From the NCBI GenBank assembly GCA_963819815.1, contig CAWFXL010000001.1, positions 1,056,001-1,120,000 on the forward strand: a DNA stretch of 64,000 nucleotides, read 5' to 3'. A program made the position numbers and the translations under genes. The notes under the pieces were generated by a model. The model was given only the letters and a program-made list of their open reading frames with translations, did no database searches and had not been told where the DNA came from. This document shows, one piece after another, positions 1-10,353 of the stretch. The DNA comes from an uncultured bacterium (GTDB taxonomy: Bacteria > Babelota > Babeliae > Babelales > Babelaceae). Within the stretch, counting starts at the first letter, position 1; every line of letters starts with the position of its first letter.

Positions 1-324
1 GAACTCTTTAGAGTATTAAGGCCTGGTGGGTATGCCATCATTATGGTTCCGCTCTACACAAGCCTTGATAAAACCTATGAGGATTTTTCCATAGTTCATC
101 CAGAAGCTAGAGAGTTGCATTTTGATCAAGATGACCATGTAAGAAAATATGGTCATGATATTTTGGAAAGGTTAAAAGCTGCCGGGTTTGAGGTTGAAAA
201 ATTTCCGCTCCATCGCTTGTCTAATGTTATGCGTGAACAATATGGTATGGCAGGCTTTGATGGTGAAGAACGAGTTAATGCTGCCCGAGGAGCTGATATA
301 TTTCTTTGTACAAAATTATTGTAA
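1..324 (+). CDS. Class I SAM-dependent methyltransferase, C-terminal part (begins before window)
   Basis: Frame open from base 1: ELFRVLRPGGYAIIMVP, the typical post-II 'RVLKPGG' motif, followed by 'DHVRKYG'. Confidence 0.7.
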   Translation, partial: ELFRVLRPGGYAIIMVPLYTSLDKTYEDFSIVHPEARELHFDQDDHVRKYGHDILERLKAAGFEVEKFPLHRLSNVMREQYGMAGFDGEERVNAARGADIFLCTKLL

Positions 325-341
325 GATTAGAAAGCAAAATC

Positions 342-1205
342 ATGTTTAAATCAAAATCGTTACTGCTCATTATTTTAATAAATTATCTAGAAATGGGTTG
401 TGTGAATCAGCCTGCAGTTCCCCAAAAAGAAGAAGTTCGGTTTGTGATAGTAATTCCATCTTATAATAATGAGCTATGGGCATTGGATAACTTGAGATCT
501 GCCTGTACTCAAAAGTCTTCTCAGCCCTACCAAGTAATCTGTGTCAACGATTGTTCCACTGATAGAACAGGTGAAATCATGGACGAATATGTTAAAGAAA
601 ATCATCTCGAATCAATGGTTACGGTAATTCACAATAACGCACGACTTGGTCATATGGCTAATTGGTATAACACTATTCATAAGTACATCCCTGATCATAA
701 CGTGGTAGTTAATCTCGATGGTGATGATATTCTTGCCCATGATAATGTTCTCCTAACCTTAGAGAAATATTATGTGAACCCTAACTGCTGGCTTACCTAT
801 GGTTCGGCAGTTGCATACCCATCAGGAAATAGCCTCCCTCGCATGTCACAAGGTATTCCTGATAGAGTGTTTCATGAAAAGGAAATAAGAAAATATGAAT
901 TTGTAGCTCAACATTTGAGGACCTTCAAAGCTGGGCTATTTAAGAAAATTAATAAAGATGATCTTTCTATAGATGGAGAATTTGTACAAGCAGCAGTAGA
1001 TATGGCATTCATGTTACCTATGTTGGAAATGTGCTCACCCAAAGGAGAAACAAATGTTAATCATTCAGCATTTATTCCAGAACTCTTATATTTGTATCGC
1101 ACCAATAATCCGATCAGTATTTTTAGAACTAGGCGCGCTTATCAACAAGCGATTGATCTGTTTATCAGATCTAAAAAACCATATGAGTCCTTGGATTCCT
1201 TATAA
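342..1205 (+). CDS. GT2 glycosyltransferase, single domain, N-terminal hydrophobic segment (paralog 1)
   Basis: VIPSYNN, VNDCSTD, LDGDD, HLRTFK and DMAFMLPMLEM motifs; ATG 342 chosen as start. Confidence 0.85.
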   Translation: MFKSKSLLLIILINYLEMGCVNQPAVPQKEEVRFVIVIPSYNNELWALDNLRSACTQKSSQPYQVICVNDCSTDRTGEIMDEYVKENHLESMVTVIHNNARLGHMANWYNTIHKYIPDHNVVVNLDGDDILAHDNVLLTLEKYYVNPNCWLTYGSAVAYPSGNSLPRMSQGIPDRVFHEKEIRKYEFVAQHLRTFKAGLFKKINKDDLSIDGEFVQAAVDMAFMLPMLEMCSPKGETNVNHSAFIPELLYLYRTNNPISIFRTRRAYQQAIDLFIRSKKPYESLDSL

Positions 1206-1266
1206 TTAAGCTGGGAGTCCAGCTAGGTAAATCCATAGGTTATCTATAGATGTATGCGACAAACTT

Positions 1267-2013
1267 CTAGCGACTGAATTTTTCAAACAAAAACTGATTA
1301 ATGCGCTTTTTAAGAGCCACTTCTAAAAAGGGAGGTTCTTCAAAATGATATTTTGTCTTTACCGCTTGCAGATTCTGTATAAACCGTCGGGTTATCACTT
1401 CCCCCGCTAATGTAAGAAGATGCAACTGCTCAATATCATTGAGATTATTATAGAATTTGCCGCCCACAGTTTCCCGCCTTAAAATGGACAAAGCAACAAA
1501 CTGGGATTCTGAGGTTAGAAAGCTCAAAGCCCAATCCTTCAAAGTTGTGCCTACACCAGTTGAATACAGCGAAAGAGTTTGAAGAAGTTCGTTATAGTAC
1601 TTATCAAGAGGATCAAAAGTCTCTTCTGGATTTATTTGAAACTCGTATCTAGGAATGATGATCTCTTTTATAAGCTTCTGCAATTCACTCTTATGCATCT
1701 TTGGCGCTGTAGACGGAAGGTAGCGCTTCTCAAATTCTTTCCTTACCTGCTTAACTTTTTGTTCAAGCTGCTCTTTATTCAAGTACTCAGTAAAAGGCAG
1801 TTGGGACTCATTCACCAGGAAGTCACGTGCAATTGGGGTCAATATCTTTCCAAGATCTTCTGATAAGTAAGATCCTGGAGTATCAACCACCCAATCAATA
1901 AAAGCTTTATCTGCCTGCTTATTTTTGTCTTCCAAAGAAATATAAGGTGCTTTTTTTGCCCCTTCTAGAGGAAGCAAAAGACAGGTTAAGACAAGATATA
2001 AGAACCTTTTCAT
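1267..2013 (-). CDS. Hypothetical exported protein
   Basis: Long ORF; MKRFLYLVLTCLLLPLEG signal-like start after GGAGA RBS. Confidence 0.65.
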   Translation of the reverse strand: MKRFLYLVLTCLLLPLEGAKKAPYISLEDKNKQADKAFIDWVVDTPGSYLSEDLGKILTPIARDFLVNESQLPFTEYLNKEQLEQKVKQVRKEFEKRYLPSTAPKMHKSELQKLIKEIIIPRYEFQINPEETFDPLDKYYNELLQTLSLYSTGVGTTLKDWALSFLTSESQFVALSILRRETVGGKFYNNLNDIEQLHLLTLAGEVITRRFIQNLQAVKTKYHFEEPPFLEVALKKRINQFLFEKFSR

Positions 2014-2577
2014 AAGACAATCTCCAGAGATCAAAAAAAGAAGGAGGCGCATGAATTAAAACTCATTTTTCTCTCCGCCTCATACTCGTCCTACACATAT
2101 AGTCTTTGTCATCAAAAGAATGTCCTGCAAAGACTCATCTGACATTCTTAGGTTTAGCAATTTCATCAGCATATCTACTCACTAAACAGAGTGATAGGCA
2201 TTCCCTCGTTACCTTTATGAGCATACAGATCAAGGGAATATCTTAGAGCTCATAAGTACAGCGAATCAGTTCGATCCGATGCTCGTGAAGTCCAGCTTCA
2301 CGCATAACTTGACCCTCATATTACGAGCGCAGGGGTCATCTTACTCGATGTGCACGAAAATGGTGCGAAAACAAACACGACATAACGTCGTTATCGCCTC
2401 CGGCATATTTTGTAGGTGTCAATCATTCCTACTTTTAGGCTAACAGTTCAGAGATCTGATTGTCAATAATATTAGTATTTTTTTAATAGTGATGACAATG
2501 AATGCATAGCGCATTAAGCACCATACATATCTCGGGGGGACAAAAGATCTGAATTTATGAAGATTGGGGGAAAAATC

Positions 2578-2946
2578 TGGTGGAGGCGATGGGAGTCGAA
2601 CCCATGTCCGCAAAACACTCAACGAAAAGCGCTACATGCTTAGTCTTTATTAATTCATATAATGGCTTGCAAAGACACATCACACTATATGCCTGGTTGG
2701 TTCATCATTCAAGGCTACTTACCAAGTAAACCTACCTTGACGTCCTATTATTTTTGTTATACGAGTATAGAGAAACTATAGGCAGTTTCTTTATACAAGG
2801 CGCTTATGCCCTTAGGCGCAAGCAACGTGGGCGTTAAGCCCTGGCATTTCTGCACTTATTGTTCGACCATTTGGTTTACGAGCACACAGTCAAAGCTCGG
2901 CATGCTCAGATCGCATCATATCATACGTCGAAGCCAGTACGCCCCC
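2578..2946 (-). ncRNA. ssrA: tmRNA; tag peptide (A)AEMPGLNAHVACA* at 2853..2812
   Basis: Minus strand starts GGGGGCGTACTGGCTTCGAC and ends GGTTCGACTCCCATCGCCTCCACCA; resume codon GCA follows ATAAGT; upstream TTGACA-17-TACACT promoter. Confidence 0.95.
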
Positions 2947-3012
2947 GAAAATTTCAATTGTTAGTCTTAGTGTACTGTAATAGTTACACATTGTCAAGAG
3001 CTGCCAGGAATT

Positions 3013-3378
3013 CTATTCTGGGTGTATTTTGAGCAATTCGACCTTAAAGCGCAAAGTCGCCTGAGGAGGTATTGCTGCTCCTGCTCCACGCGTTCCATAT
3101 GCCAATTGAGGGGGAAGAATAATGTAGCGAACTTCTCCTTCATGCATCTCAAGAAGTGTTTCATCCCACCCCTTAATAACCTGACCTACGCCAACCACAA
3201 AGGAAAAAGGACGGCTCCGATCATGGCTACTGTCAAACTTTTTACCCTGCTCACCTGCATTATCAAGCCATCCCGTATAATGAACATCTACGACATCCCC
3301 AGGAGTAGGGGTATGGTCTCCTGAGCCCTCTTTTTCAATATGATATTGAAGCCCATCAGGGCGTATGATAAATTCCGT
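3013..3378 (-). pseudogene. FKBP-type PPIase duplicate; start codon changed ATG->ACG, frame otherwise open
   Basis: Same 366-nt length as 14420..14785; begins ACG GAA TTT ATC versus ATG GAA TTT ATC; in-frame TAG just upstream. Confidence 0.75.
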
Positions 3379-3435
3379 GATTCTCCGCTGGTAATGAAAC
3401 AGGGCGCCAAACTATATGCCCTGCCTGTATGTTCC

Positions 3436-3567
3436 TTATTTAACTTTGAGAAGTTCAACCCTAAACCGAAGTGTTGAATTTGGTGGAATTTTAGCAACTG
3501 ACATCGATCCATAGGCAAGTTTAGGCGGAAGAATAATGTAGCGAGTTTCACCCTCTTTCATATCCGC
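3436..3567 (-). pseudogene. 3' fragment of FKBP-A
   Basis: [41 protein letters not shown] matches the C-terminus of 14845..15321; homology ends near 3567. Confidence 0.8.
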
Positions 3568-3938
3568 TTGGTCGGCAGGATGGAAAGGTTTTTTTGGAGA
3601 GCTAGTTGTAGGGATACTCGCAGCGGTAGTTGGCTGGTTCATCATAACGAACCCAATTCTCGGTGCAGCATCACTCACCCTCCTTCTTGCACTGTACTTC
3701 TGTGTATCAGGGCTCTTTAAAATTGCAGGAGCACTTATATATCATCTTGAGCATTGGGGTTGGCTCTTGTTTAATGGTATTGTAAGTCTTTTTAATTTTG
3801 GCTCAATGGCCAGCAGCTGCTCTGTGGGTTTTAGGTATGTTCCTAGCGATAGACTTAATCGTCAGTGGCTGGACATCAGTCATGCTTTCTCTTGCTCTAC
3901 GCAAAACATGTAAACTTGCCGGTCAAGAAACAGCATAA
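3563..3938 (+). pseudogene. HdeD/DUF308-like membrane protein, 5'-truncated and frameshifted
   Basis: Manual translation: GWKGFFGELVVGILAAVVGWFIITNPILGAASLTLLLALYFCVSGLFKI...WGWLLFNGIVSL / LILAQWPAAALWVLGMFLAIDLIVSGW...*. Confidence 0.7.
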
Positions 3939-3954
3939 AAATTCACCAAAACAA

Positions 3955-3990
3955 ACTGATGGAGGGGAACATTAGTTCCCCTCCATCAGT
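3955..3990. terminator. Perfect 16-bp hairpin, probable terminator
   Basis: ACTGATGGAGGGGAAC-ATTA-GTTCCCCTCCATCAGT just after the HdeD-like stop codon. Confidence 0.65.
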
Positions 3991-4279
3991 GCGCACGGTT
4001 TCGTATACAGCTCTTCACTGAAGTCTGATTTGTAGAAAATACGGTCATGGTAATAAGATAAAATAGTACGTAGTATGCTATGTTTTGCTTTGCTAATGAT
4101 GATATCGAAGCAATAAAGCTTACTTTTATTGCGCACAAATGGCTTGTTGTTGGAAAAAAGAAGAGCTAAAGGAATTGGTCAACAAGATTTCATTGAAAGT
4201 CCTTCAGTTAAAGAGTCTTGTATAAGAAAAAAATGGGCAGAGCTCCTAAGAAAACGATTGATATCTTTCTGCCTTCAAA

Positions 4280-4543
4280 GCCTGCTTTTTCAGAAGCATG
4301 AACCATCTGCCTTTATGTCGAATAGTTCGATCTCCGATTGTTTTTTAATACAAAAGATTGAGTTAAGATTACATCCCTCAATCGAACGATGAAGGTAGCA
4401 TCTTTCAATGGCTCTACATTAAATTTTTCATTATAGTGCTTGGTGTACTAGCTTTGTAGGAAGTAATTAGCTTCTTCAATTGTAGTAAAAGAAAAGGGGT
4501 CTTTGTTCATAGTCAGGGAGGACATTTCTTTTGCGTTCCGACA
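4280..4543 (-). mobile_element. IS1202-family (ISNCY) remnant: left end joined to a decayed transposase C-terminal fragment
   Basis: Minus strand from 4543 reads TGTCGGAACGCAAAAGAAATGTCCTCCC; peptide TTIEEANYFLQS*YTKHYNEKF..HRSIEGCNLNSIFCIKK..DRTIRHKGRWF; left boundary approximate. Confidence 0.75.
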
Positions 4544-4559
4544 ATTATTTTTGCAACCA

Positions 4560-4589
4560 TTGCTTTTTCTTTAAAATTATAAGTAAGAT
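4560..4589 (+). promoter_or_regulatory. Putative sigma70-type promoter (18-bp spacer) for the FkbM gene
   Basis: TTGCTT-N18-TAAGAT. Confidence 0.5.
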
Positions 4590-4655
4590 GAGGGTAAGAG
4601 GTCGAGCAAGCTTTTCAAGATCGAAAGGCATCAAAAATCACTAGGAGGGAAATTT

Positions 4656-5417
4656 ATGAAAAACAAAATAGTTTTATATTCTAAGCATTTAACAAAGATA
4701 CTAGCCAGTTCTTTATTGCTACTTCTAGTATGCACCGTCCAACTGACATTTAGTTCAATCGTTGACAGTAAAGCAGCTGATGAAAAATTACGAGAAATTC
4801 ATTCAAAATTAAGTATAAAGCATGGGGACTTTTCCTTGGAATATGACGAACAAAAGATGAACGTCATGTTTCTCCCAAAGGATGCGAAAGTTTTAGAAAT
4901 AGGAGGAAATATTGGCAGAGTCAGTTGTGTCACTGCCTCCATTCTAACTCACCAAGATAACTTGGTTACTTTGGAATCCCATCCGGTGTACGCGAAACAA
5001 TTGCAAGAAAATAGGGATCTTAACGGATTAAACTTCCATATTGAAGCATCTGCGCTATCAAAAGTGCCTTTAATCCAAGCGGGTTGGAATTCAATGCCAA
5101 GCGAAGTTTTATTGCCGGGCTACATTTGGGTCAAAACAATATCATTTGCTGAGCTGCAAAAGAAATACAACATCGAATTTGATACATTGGTGGCTGATTG
5201 TGAAGGTGCACTATATTACATTCTTCGAGATGATCCAGATATCCTTAAAAATATTAAATTAATCCTTATCGAAAACGACTTCCTAGAGCAAGAACATTTA
5301 GATTTTGTTCATAATCTATTCAGACAAAATGGATTTGAGGCTGTATATAGCCAGAGGTGTGAATGGTGTCGTATGTTCCCTAGTTTTGAATATTTCTTTC
5401 AAGTATGGAAGAGATAA
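4656..5417 (+). CDS. FkbM-family methyltransferase with N-terminal hydrophobic segment
   Basis: VLEIGGNIG SAM motif; LVADCEGA; ILIEND. Confidence 0.8.
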   Translation: MKNKIVLYSKHLTKILASSLLLLLVCTVQLTFSSIVDSKAADEKLREIHSKLSIKHGDFSLEYDEQKMNVMFLPKDAKVLEIGGNIGRVSCVTASILTHQDNLVTLESHPVYAKQLQENRDLNGLNFHIEASALSKVPLIQAGWNSMPSEVLLPGYIWVKTISFAELQKKYNIEFDTLVADCEGALYYILRDDPDILKNIKLILIENDFLEQEHLDFVHNLFRQNGFEAVYSQRCEWCRMFPSFEYFFQVWKR

Positions 5418-5489
5418 GCATTAACACCCGCTCTCTATAAGATTTTGTAAAGGCTTTGCGGTCAGGCATTCAACTTTGTCGATTAGCAC

Positions 5490-5519
5490 GAGGTAGCTCA
5501 CAATGGGCTACCTCTTTTT
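5490..5519 (+). terminator. Rho-independent terminator between convergent FkbM and pth genes
   Basis: GAGGTAGCTCA-CAA-TGGGCTACCTC-TTTTT. Confidence 0.65.
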
Positions 5520-5537
5520 ATTGGAATTTAGAAAGAA

Positions 5538-6071
5538 TCAATTAGGAAAAAGCTGCTCTATCATCTGAACTGCCTCGCTGGTCAAATTCTCAACAAGAGC
5601 AGGGTTCTCAAAGCGCTCCAGGACATAGTGTAAAACCTGTTCTCTGGCAACCGGCCGACCAATGCCAAACCTCAGCCGAGCAAATTCAGAAGTACCCCAT
5701 CGCTCAATAAGGGACTTAAGGCCATTGTGACCTCGTGCACTCCCTCCCGTCTTAATAGAAAGCTTTCCAAGAGGTTTTTCAAGCTCATCATGAATAACAA
5801 GAATATTCTGTGGCCCAATCCCCTTTTTCTTTAAAAAAGGCACGACATCGCCAGAGTTATTCATATACGTAAGGGGCTTTACAAGGAGTACCGGATGACC
5901 TTGAATCTGTATGGTAGCAATCTGCGTATCGGGGAAAGATTGCCAGTGGCCGCCAAATGAAGCGGCCACTGAATCTATAACTTTGAAGCCAGCATTGTGT
6001 CGGGTTTCAGCATATTTCGCATCGGGATTACCAAGTCCAATAAGAACTTTTGGCACCTGAATTTCAGTCAT
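5538..6071 (-). CDS. pth: Peptidyl-tRNA hydrolase
   Basis: IGLGNP, TRHNAGF, KPLTYMNNSG, HDEL, GHNGLKS and RLRFGIGRP motifs. Confidence 0.95.
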   Translation of the reverse strand: MTEIQVPKVLIGLGNPDAKYAETRHNAGFKVIDSVAASFGGHWQSFPDTQIATIQIQGHPVLLVKPLTYMNNSGDVVPFLKKKGIGPQNILVIHDELEKPLGKLSIKTGGSARGHNGLKSLIERWGTSEFARLRFGIGRPVAREQVLHYVLERFENPALVENLTSEAVQMIEQLFPN

Positions 6072-6124
6072 CTTCTTATTTTGAAGCTGGCCTTTTTTAT
6101 CTTTACGGTACGTAGTTAGAGTTC

Positions 6125-7083
6125 GGCGATGTCAATAATGAAATGCAACACATAGGATTTTCACATAGAAAAGATGCATTTTGAAGGCTCCAATATATTC
6201 ATTCATGCATCATCTCCTTAAAAGCCTCTGAAGCCATTTTATAATTTAGGATTGCTCTTGGCATATTGTTAAGCTTTTGAGCAGCCTCTTCAATATCTTT
6301 CTCGTTGATCTGATCATGTCTACCTTTAAGGGAAAGAAATGTCTGATAAGGCCATTGACGTTCTCTATGCTACCCTTTTGCCATGGCGCTCCTGAGTCAC
6401 AGAAATAAGTTGCTATGCCCAGTTCATTCAATAGCTCATGATCAGCAAATTCGCTACCATTGTCAAAGGTTAAACTTTTAACAGGAAGATCTGATTCTTT
6501 AATTGTATGAATCAGCCCCCATATAACAACATTAGTTGTTTTATTTGGATTCTTGGAGTTTTATCAGCTTTCCTCCTCAGACCTCTTTTTTTATGAGATC
6601 TGAGCAAGAATTTATTTAAATTGAGTCCTTTCCCTTCACTACTATAGATCCATTGATAAATAGCTTCTGCCGATATTCTTAGCCCAGAACTCTTATTATT
6701 CCGTGCTCCAGATATTGTTTGAGAAGACCAACCAATTTTAAGATGTTCAACAATATAAGCTTTCAATGCAGGATCCTTCTTAACTTTTGGCATGTTCTTA
6801 TGCTTGCGCTTAGCGGTTCTTTCTTGAGCTTCACCAGAGTATAAATAGCCTATGTGATCACTGTTTCTAGCTATCTCTCTTGAGATTGTAGATGGTGCTC
6901 GACCAAGTTCAACAGCTATTTGCCGTATCGGCTTTTGTCTACAGAGGGCTCTATAAATATGACATCTTTCATAGTACGATAGCTGAGTAAAGTTTTCCAT
7001 AATTTGCAACACTCTTTCGGTATAGAATATGACGCAAATATCATTCTATCTGAAAAGTGTTGCATTTCATATTAGACTAGGCC
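6125..7083 (-). mobile_element. IS30-family element, internally deleted
   Basis: 27-bp imperfect IRs (GGCGATGTCAATAATGAAATGCAACAC / GGCCTAGTCTAATATGAAATGCAACAC); 3-bp TTC direct repeat at 6122-6124 and 7084-7086. Confidence 0.9.
6246..7000 (-). pseudogene. IS30 transposase, split and missing part of the DDE domain
   Basis: HTH 'IAVELGRAPSTISREIARN' and 'ISAEAIYQWIY' in one piece; 'LTFDNGSEF', 'YFCDSGAPWQKGSIENVNGLIR' in another. Confidence 0.85.
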
Positions 7084-7109
7084 TTCACATCAAAGATTCC
7101 AGAGCCTCA

Positions 7110-8204
7110 TTACTTGTTACAGCTTTTAATATCAAATAAAAGCCCCTTCACATATTCGGGGTCTAGAATAATTATTTTTGCTTCTTTATCTTCTATCCCG
7201 ACACCTATTAATAAATTTTCACCAGAATGATCGAAGGTCATTGACGTACAAAATTCAACACCGACGTGGGTAAAAGTAAAGGGAAGGGAAATTTTTGTTA
7301 TGCGAAATTCTGCGTCCAGATACAAGAATCTGTGGGTATAGCTATAATTTTGAACACGCTCATGAACCACCATTAGGTATCCATTATCAAAGTCTATGGG
7401 CGCCGCAGACCCACGAGAATAAGAAAAGTCTAATTTAGGCGAATAGCTAAGAACTGTCTTGAATGTTCCATTTTCCATGTTTGGCTCTATGAGTATAAAG
7501 GGATCATATGAGTAAATAAACCTGAGCTTTTCCTGCCTAACAATGGGCATCCAATTCTTTTCGTGGCGTCTTTCTTCTGGTCCATGAAAAAGTGCTAATG
7601 TTTCAATCGTTGGTCGGGGAAAATGATCAAAAGAATTAAGTTCGCAACTAAGCCTACATACCGCTACTTTTTGTAACCAATTAGAGGATTTGATGGCTGA
7701 GCATCCCACTAACCAGTGGGAATTATCCCAATAGAATATTCTGCCATCTTCCACTTGGTAAGCTTCGTTTATATTTTTTGTAAGATGAGATGGTATCGTT
7801 ATTTCTTGCTCAGATAGGAGGTTAAAATCTTTATCATACCTGAGAAAAAAGTTCCTGATTTTCGGGGTATCTCCACTTACTATTGTACGATAATCAGGAA
7901 TCTTAAGATTTGTAACTTTGCACATAATATCATAGCCATTTGCCGTTTTTATGATCGATGGATTAAGTGGTACATAAGTTTCACTATGGCCTTCCTTAAT
8001 TAGTGGCAAGGTAAAAGTAACATCTATAATCTCTTTAGATTCTAGGTTCCTTAGTAAAGCTAGCATAGGTTGAATATATTTTTCTTTATCAGCTTTCGAA
8101 ATGCTTTTGCTTAATATAAGTTGATCAAGTTCCCTTAGAGATTCTTTTTGAGAGAATATTAAAGAACTACATAATAACTGTATGAGCATCAATAGATACA
8201 ACAT
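7110..8204 (-). CDS. Signal-peptide beta-propeller glycosidase-like protein (paralog 1)
   Basis: NPSII, VEDGR, EKNW, RGSAAP, VHE, YTHRF and GVEFC motifs typical of GH43/GH130-like propellers. Confidence 0.65.
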   Translation of the reverse strand: MLYLLMLIQLLCSSLIFSQKESLRELDQLILSKSISKADKEKYIQPMLALLRNLESKEIIDVTFTLPLIKEGHSETYVPLNPSIIKTANGYDIMCKVTNLKIPDYRTIVSGDTPKIRNFFLRYDKDFNLLSEQEITIPSHLTKNINEAYQVEDGRIFYWDNSHWLVGCSAIKSSNWLQKVAVCRLSCELNSFDHFPRPTIETLALFHGPEERRHEKNWMPIVRQEKLRFIYSYDPFILIEPNMENGTFKTVLSYSPKLDFSYSRGSAAPIDFDNGYLMVVHERVQNYSYTHRFLYLDAEFRITKISLPFTFTHVGVEFCTSMTFDHSGENLLIGVGIEDKEAKIIILDPEYVKGLLFDIKSCNK

Positions 8205-8406
8205 GACCTCTCCCTTTTTATATTTTCCGCCCATATGCTTATTATAAAATACTTAGATAGATATTTGCAATAATTTTCTAATGAAGATAAAAGCTCACAT
8301 TGAGCACTAACATTTATTCATCTAAATTATAGACTTATCGATATTAAATTTAGTAATTTTAAAATATATGACTACTATCACTAATTTTTCAAGAAGGAGG
8401 GGTTCA

Positions 8407-9291
8407 ATGTTTTCACTATCAAAATCTTATCGATTTCTTTATCTGAGTATGGCCATATTGAGTTCGCTTTCACAGGCTGAAGAAAGTCAATTGAATATGA
8501 CCGTAACTCACCCTATCGAATTTGTAATTTTGATCGCATCATACAATAATGAGCAATTTGCTGTTGAGAATCTGCGATCTGCTTGTTTCCAAAAATCATC
8601 AAGACCTTACGAGGTTATCTATGTGAATGATTGTTCTACTGATAATACTCATGCAGTCGTAGAAGCCTACGTTAAAGAACATGGACTTGAAAACCGAGTA
8701 ACCATTATTAATAACGAAATAAATGTTGGCCAAGTTGGAAACTATTACAATATCATACATAGCTTCATACCTGACCATAAAATTGTTGTTTTACTTGATG
8801 GTGATGATAAATTAGCCCATGATGAGGTATTGTCTGTTCTTGAAAAACACTATTCAAACCCAAATACATGGATGACCCATGGATCACGCATAATATTTCC
8901 TGAACAAGGTATGGATAATGTTCCTGAGTCCCAACCATATCCAAGTGATGTAATTTTGGAGAGATTATTTAGAAAAAGTGAATGGGTAAAAGGAGCTCAT
9001 TTAATATCTTTCAAAGCTTGTTTATACAAAAAGATTCGAAAAGAAGATCTCATGTATCAAGGGAAATTCTTAAAAGTGGCGGGCGATGTGGCATTTCTAA
9101 TGCCTATATTTGAAATGTGCTCGCCCTACAAAGGCAATAAAAAAAGCCACATTCAATTTATTCCAGAGGTTCTCTATCTCTATCGAGTAAATAATCCCAT
9201 AAGTGACTTTAGAATATATAAAGGTGCACAGAGTGAAATGAACGGGTATATAAGAGGCTTGCAACCCTATGAAAGCCTAGAATCACTGTAA
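8407..9291 (+). CDS. GT2 glycosyltransferase (paralog 2)
   Basis: IASYNN, VNDCSTD, LDGDD; GGAGG RBS before ATG 8407. Confidence 0.85.
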   Translation: MFSLSKSYRFLYLSMAILSSLSQAEESQLNMTVTHPIEFVILIASYNNEQFAVENLRSACFQKSSRPYEVIYVNDCSTDNTHAVVEAYVKEHGLENRVTIINNEINVGQVGNYYNIIHSFIPDHKIVVLLDGDDKLAHDEVLSVLEKHYSNPNTWMTHGSRIIFPEQGMDNVPESQPYPSDVILERLFRKSEWVKGAHLISFKACLYKKIRKEDLMYQGKFLKVAGDVAFLMPIFEMCSPYKGNKKSHIQFIPEVLYLYRVNNPISDFRIYKGAQSEMNGYIRGLQPYESLESL

Positions 9292-9448
9292 ATGGCAATT
9301 CGTCAGCTACTGCACGTTGTGGCAATTTTTTTGAAAAAAAATAAAAAAAATTGCCACAACGTGCACTGCCAAAAATCGTTTACTTTTTTCTAAAAGACCG
9401 AAAAGCCTATTTAAGTGAGTAGTTGGGTTGTAATTTAGAGACAAGGCA

Positions 9449-9538
9449 TTTTGGAAATAGACTAAATGCACATTAATTAGAGGTAAGTGCACGCTCTTTT
9501 CAGTAAAAGTTGCTCATTGGGGTCTGAGTCTAAAGTAG
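9449..9538. repeat. ~90-bp diverged direct repeat (partner ~10905..10992)
   Basis: Shared AGACTAAATGCACA...CTCTTTTCAGTAA...TGCTCA...CTGA.TCTAAAGT. Confidence 0.7.
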
Positions 9539-9642
9539 CCTAAAAATTTGCTCTAACAATATTAAACTCTTGAAATTTAATCATTGTTTTTGCTAACATG
9601 AAGTTAGAAGCTTTTTTATTATATAAAACAGGGAGAACAATT

Positions 9643-10353
9643 ATGATTTATATCTACTTATTACTGAGCTGTTTTTTGGGAAATCTCACTGGACAGATTT
9701 TTTGCGAACGGGGAAAGCTTGAAACTAATGATAGTAAGATGGAAGAGATTTTTACCGAAGTTTACGAAAAAAATACATGGTGGAGCTCTGAATCAAGATC
9801 TGGTACGGGATCAACTTTAGCAAATACCGTATTTCTTAGAGAAGAGCTTGTGCAGCTTCTTTCTACCTTTCAAGTTTCGTCAATGCTTGATATTCCCTGT
9901 GGTGATTTCAATTGGATGAAAGCTGTAGACTTAAAAAGTTTGAAGTATATCGGTGCTGACCTGGTAAAACAAATAGTTATCGAAAACAATATAAGATTCC
10001 AGACAGATACAATAAAGTTTATGCACTTGAATGCATGTAAGGATACTCTACCAAGAGTTGATCTTATTTTTTGTAGAGACATGCTGCAGCATATGTCTTT
10101 AAAAGATATAAAGCTTGCACTTGCCAATTTTAAGAAGAGTGGTTCAAAATATTTATTAACCTCAACTTTTCCGCATGTAGACCTCTGGTATGATCTTGAA
10201 ACTGGGTTCGATTGCAGAGAAATAAATTTCCGAAATTCTCCATTCAATTTTCCAGCACCTCTTTACCTTATAGTTGAGAATAGCATTGATGTTCGCGGAA
10301 AATGTATGGGACTCTGGTTGCTGAAAGACATTCCTGATGAAGCTTTGTCGTGA
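9643..10353 (+). CDS. Class I SAM-dependent methyltransferase with signal-like N-terminus
   Basis: SRSGTGS, MLDIPCGDFNWM, YIGADLV and DLIFCRD motifs. Confidence 0.8.
   Translation: MIYIYLLLSCFLGNLTGQIFCERGKLETNDSKMEEIFTEVYEKNTWWSSESRSGTGSTLANTVFLREELVQLLSTFQVSSMLDIPCGDFNWMKAVDLKSLKYIGADLVKQIVIENNIRFQTDTIKFMHLNACKDTLPRVDLIFCRDMLQHMSLKDIKLALANFKKSGSKYLLTSTFPHVDLWYDLETGFDCREINFRNSPFNFPAPLYLIVENSIDVRGKCMGLWLLKDIPDEALS

Larger units (their letters stand above)
2983..3567. repeat. Diverged direct repeat, copy 1 (partner ~14390..14976): full FKBP-B plus 3' end of FKBP-A
   Basis: Colinear match to 14390..14976 with mostly third-position differences. Confidence 0.9.

Noticed and set aside
2053..2577. 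Integrase or att repeat at the tmRNA 3' end
   Set aside because: No integrase ORF; only a 9-bp opposite-strand match near 2393, compatible with chance.
2440..2622. 60-aa ORF
   Set aside because: Overlaps the tmRNA 3' end; no coding evidence.
3022..3324. 100-aa plus-strand ORF duplicated at 14429..14731
   Set aside because: Antisense to FKBP; conservation follows from the duplication.
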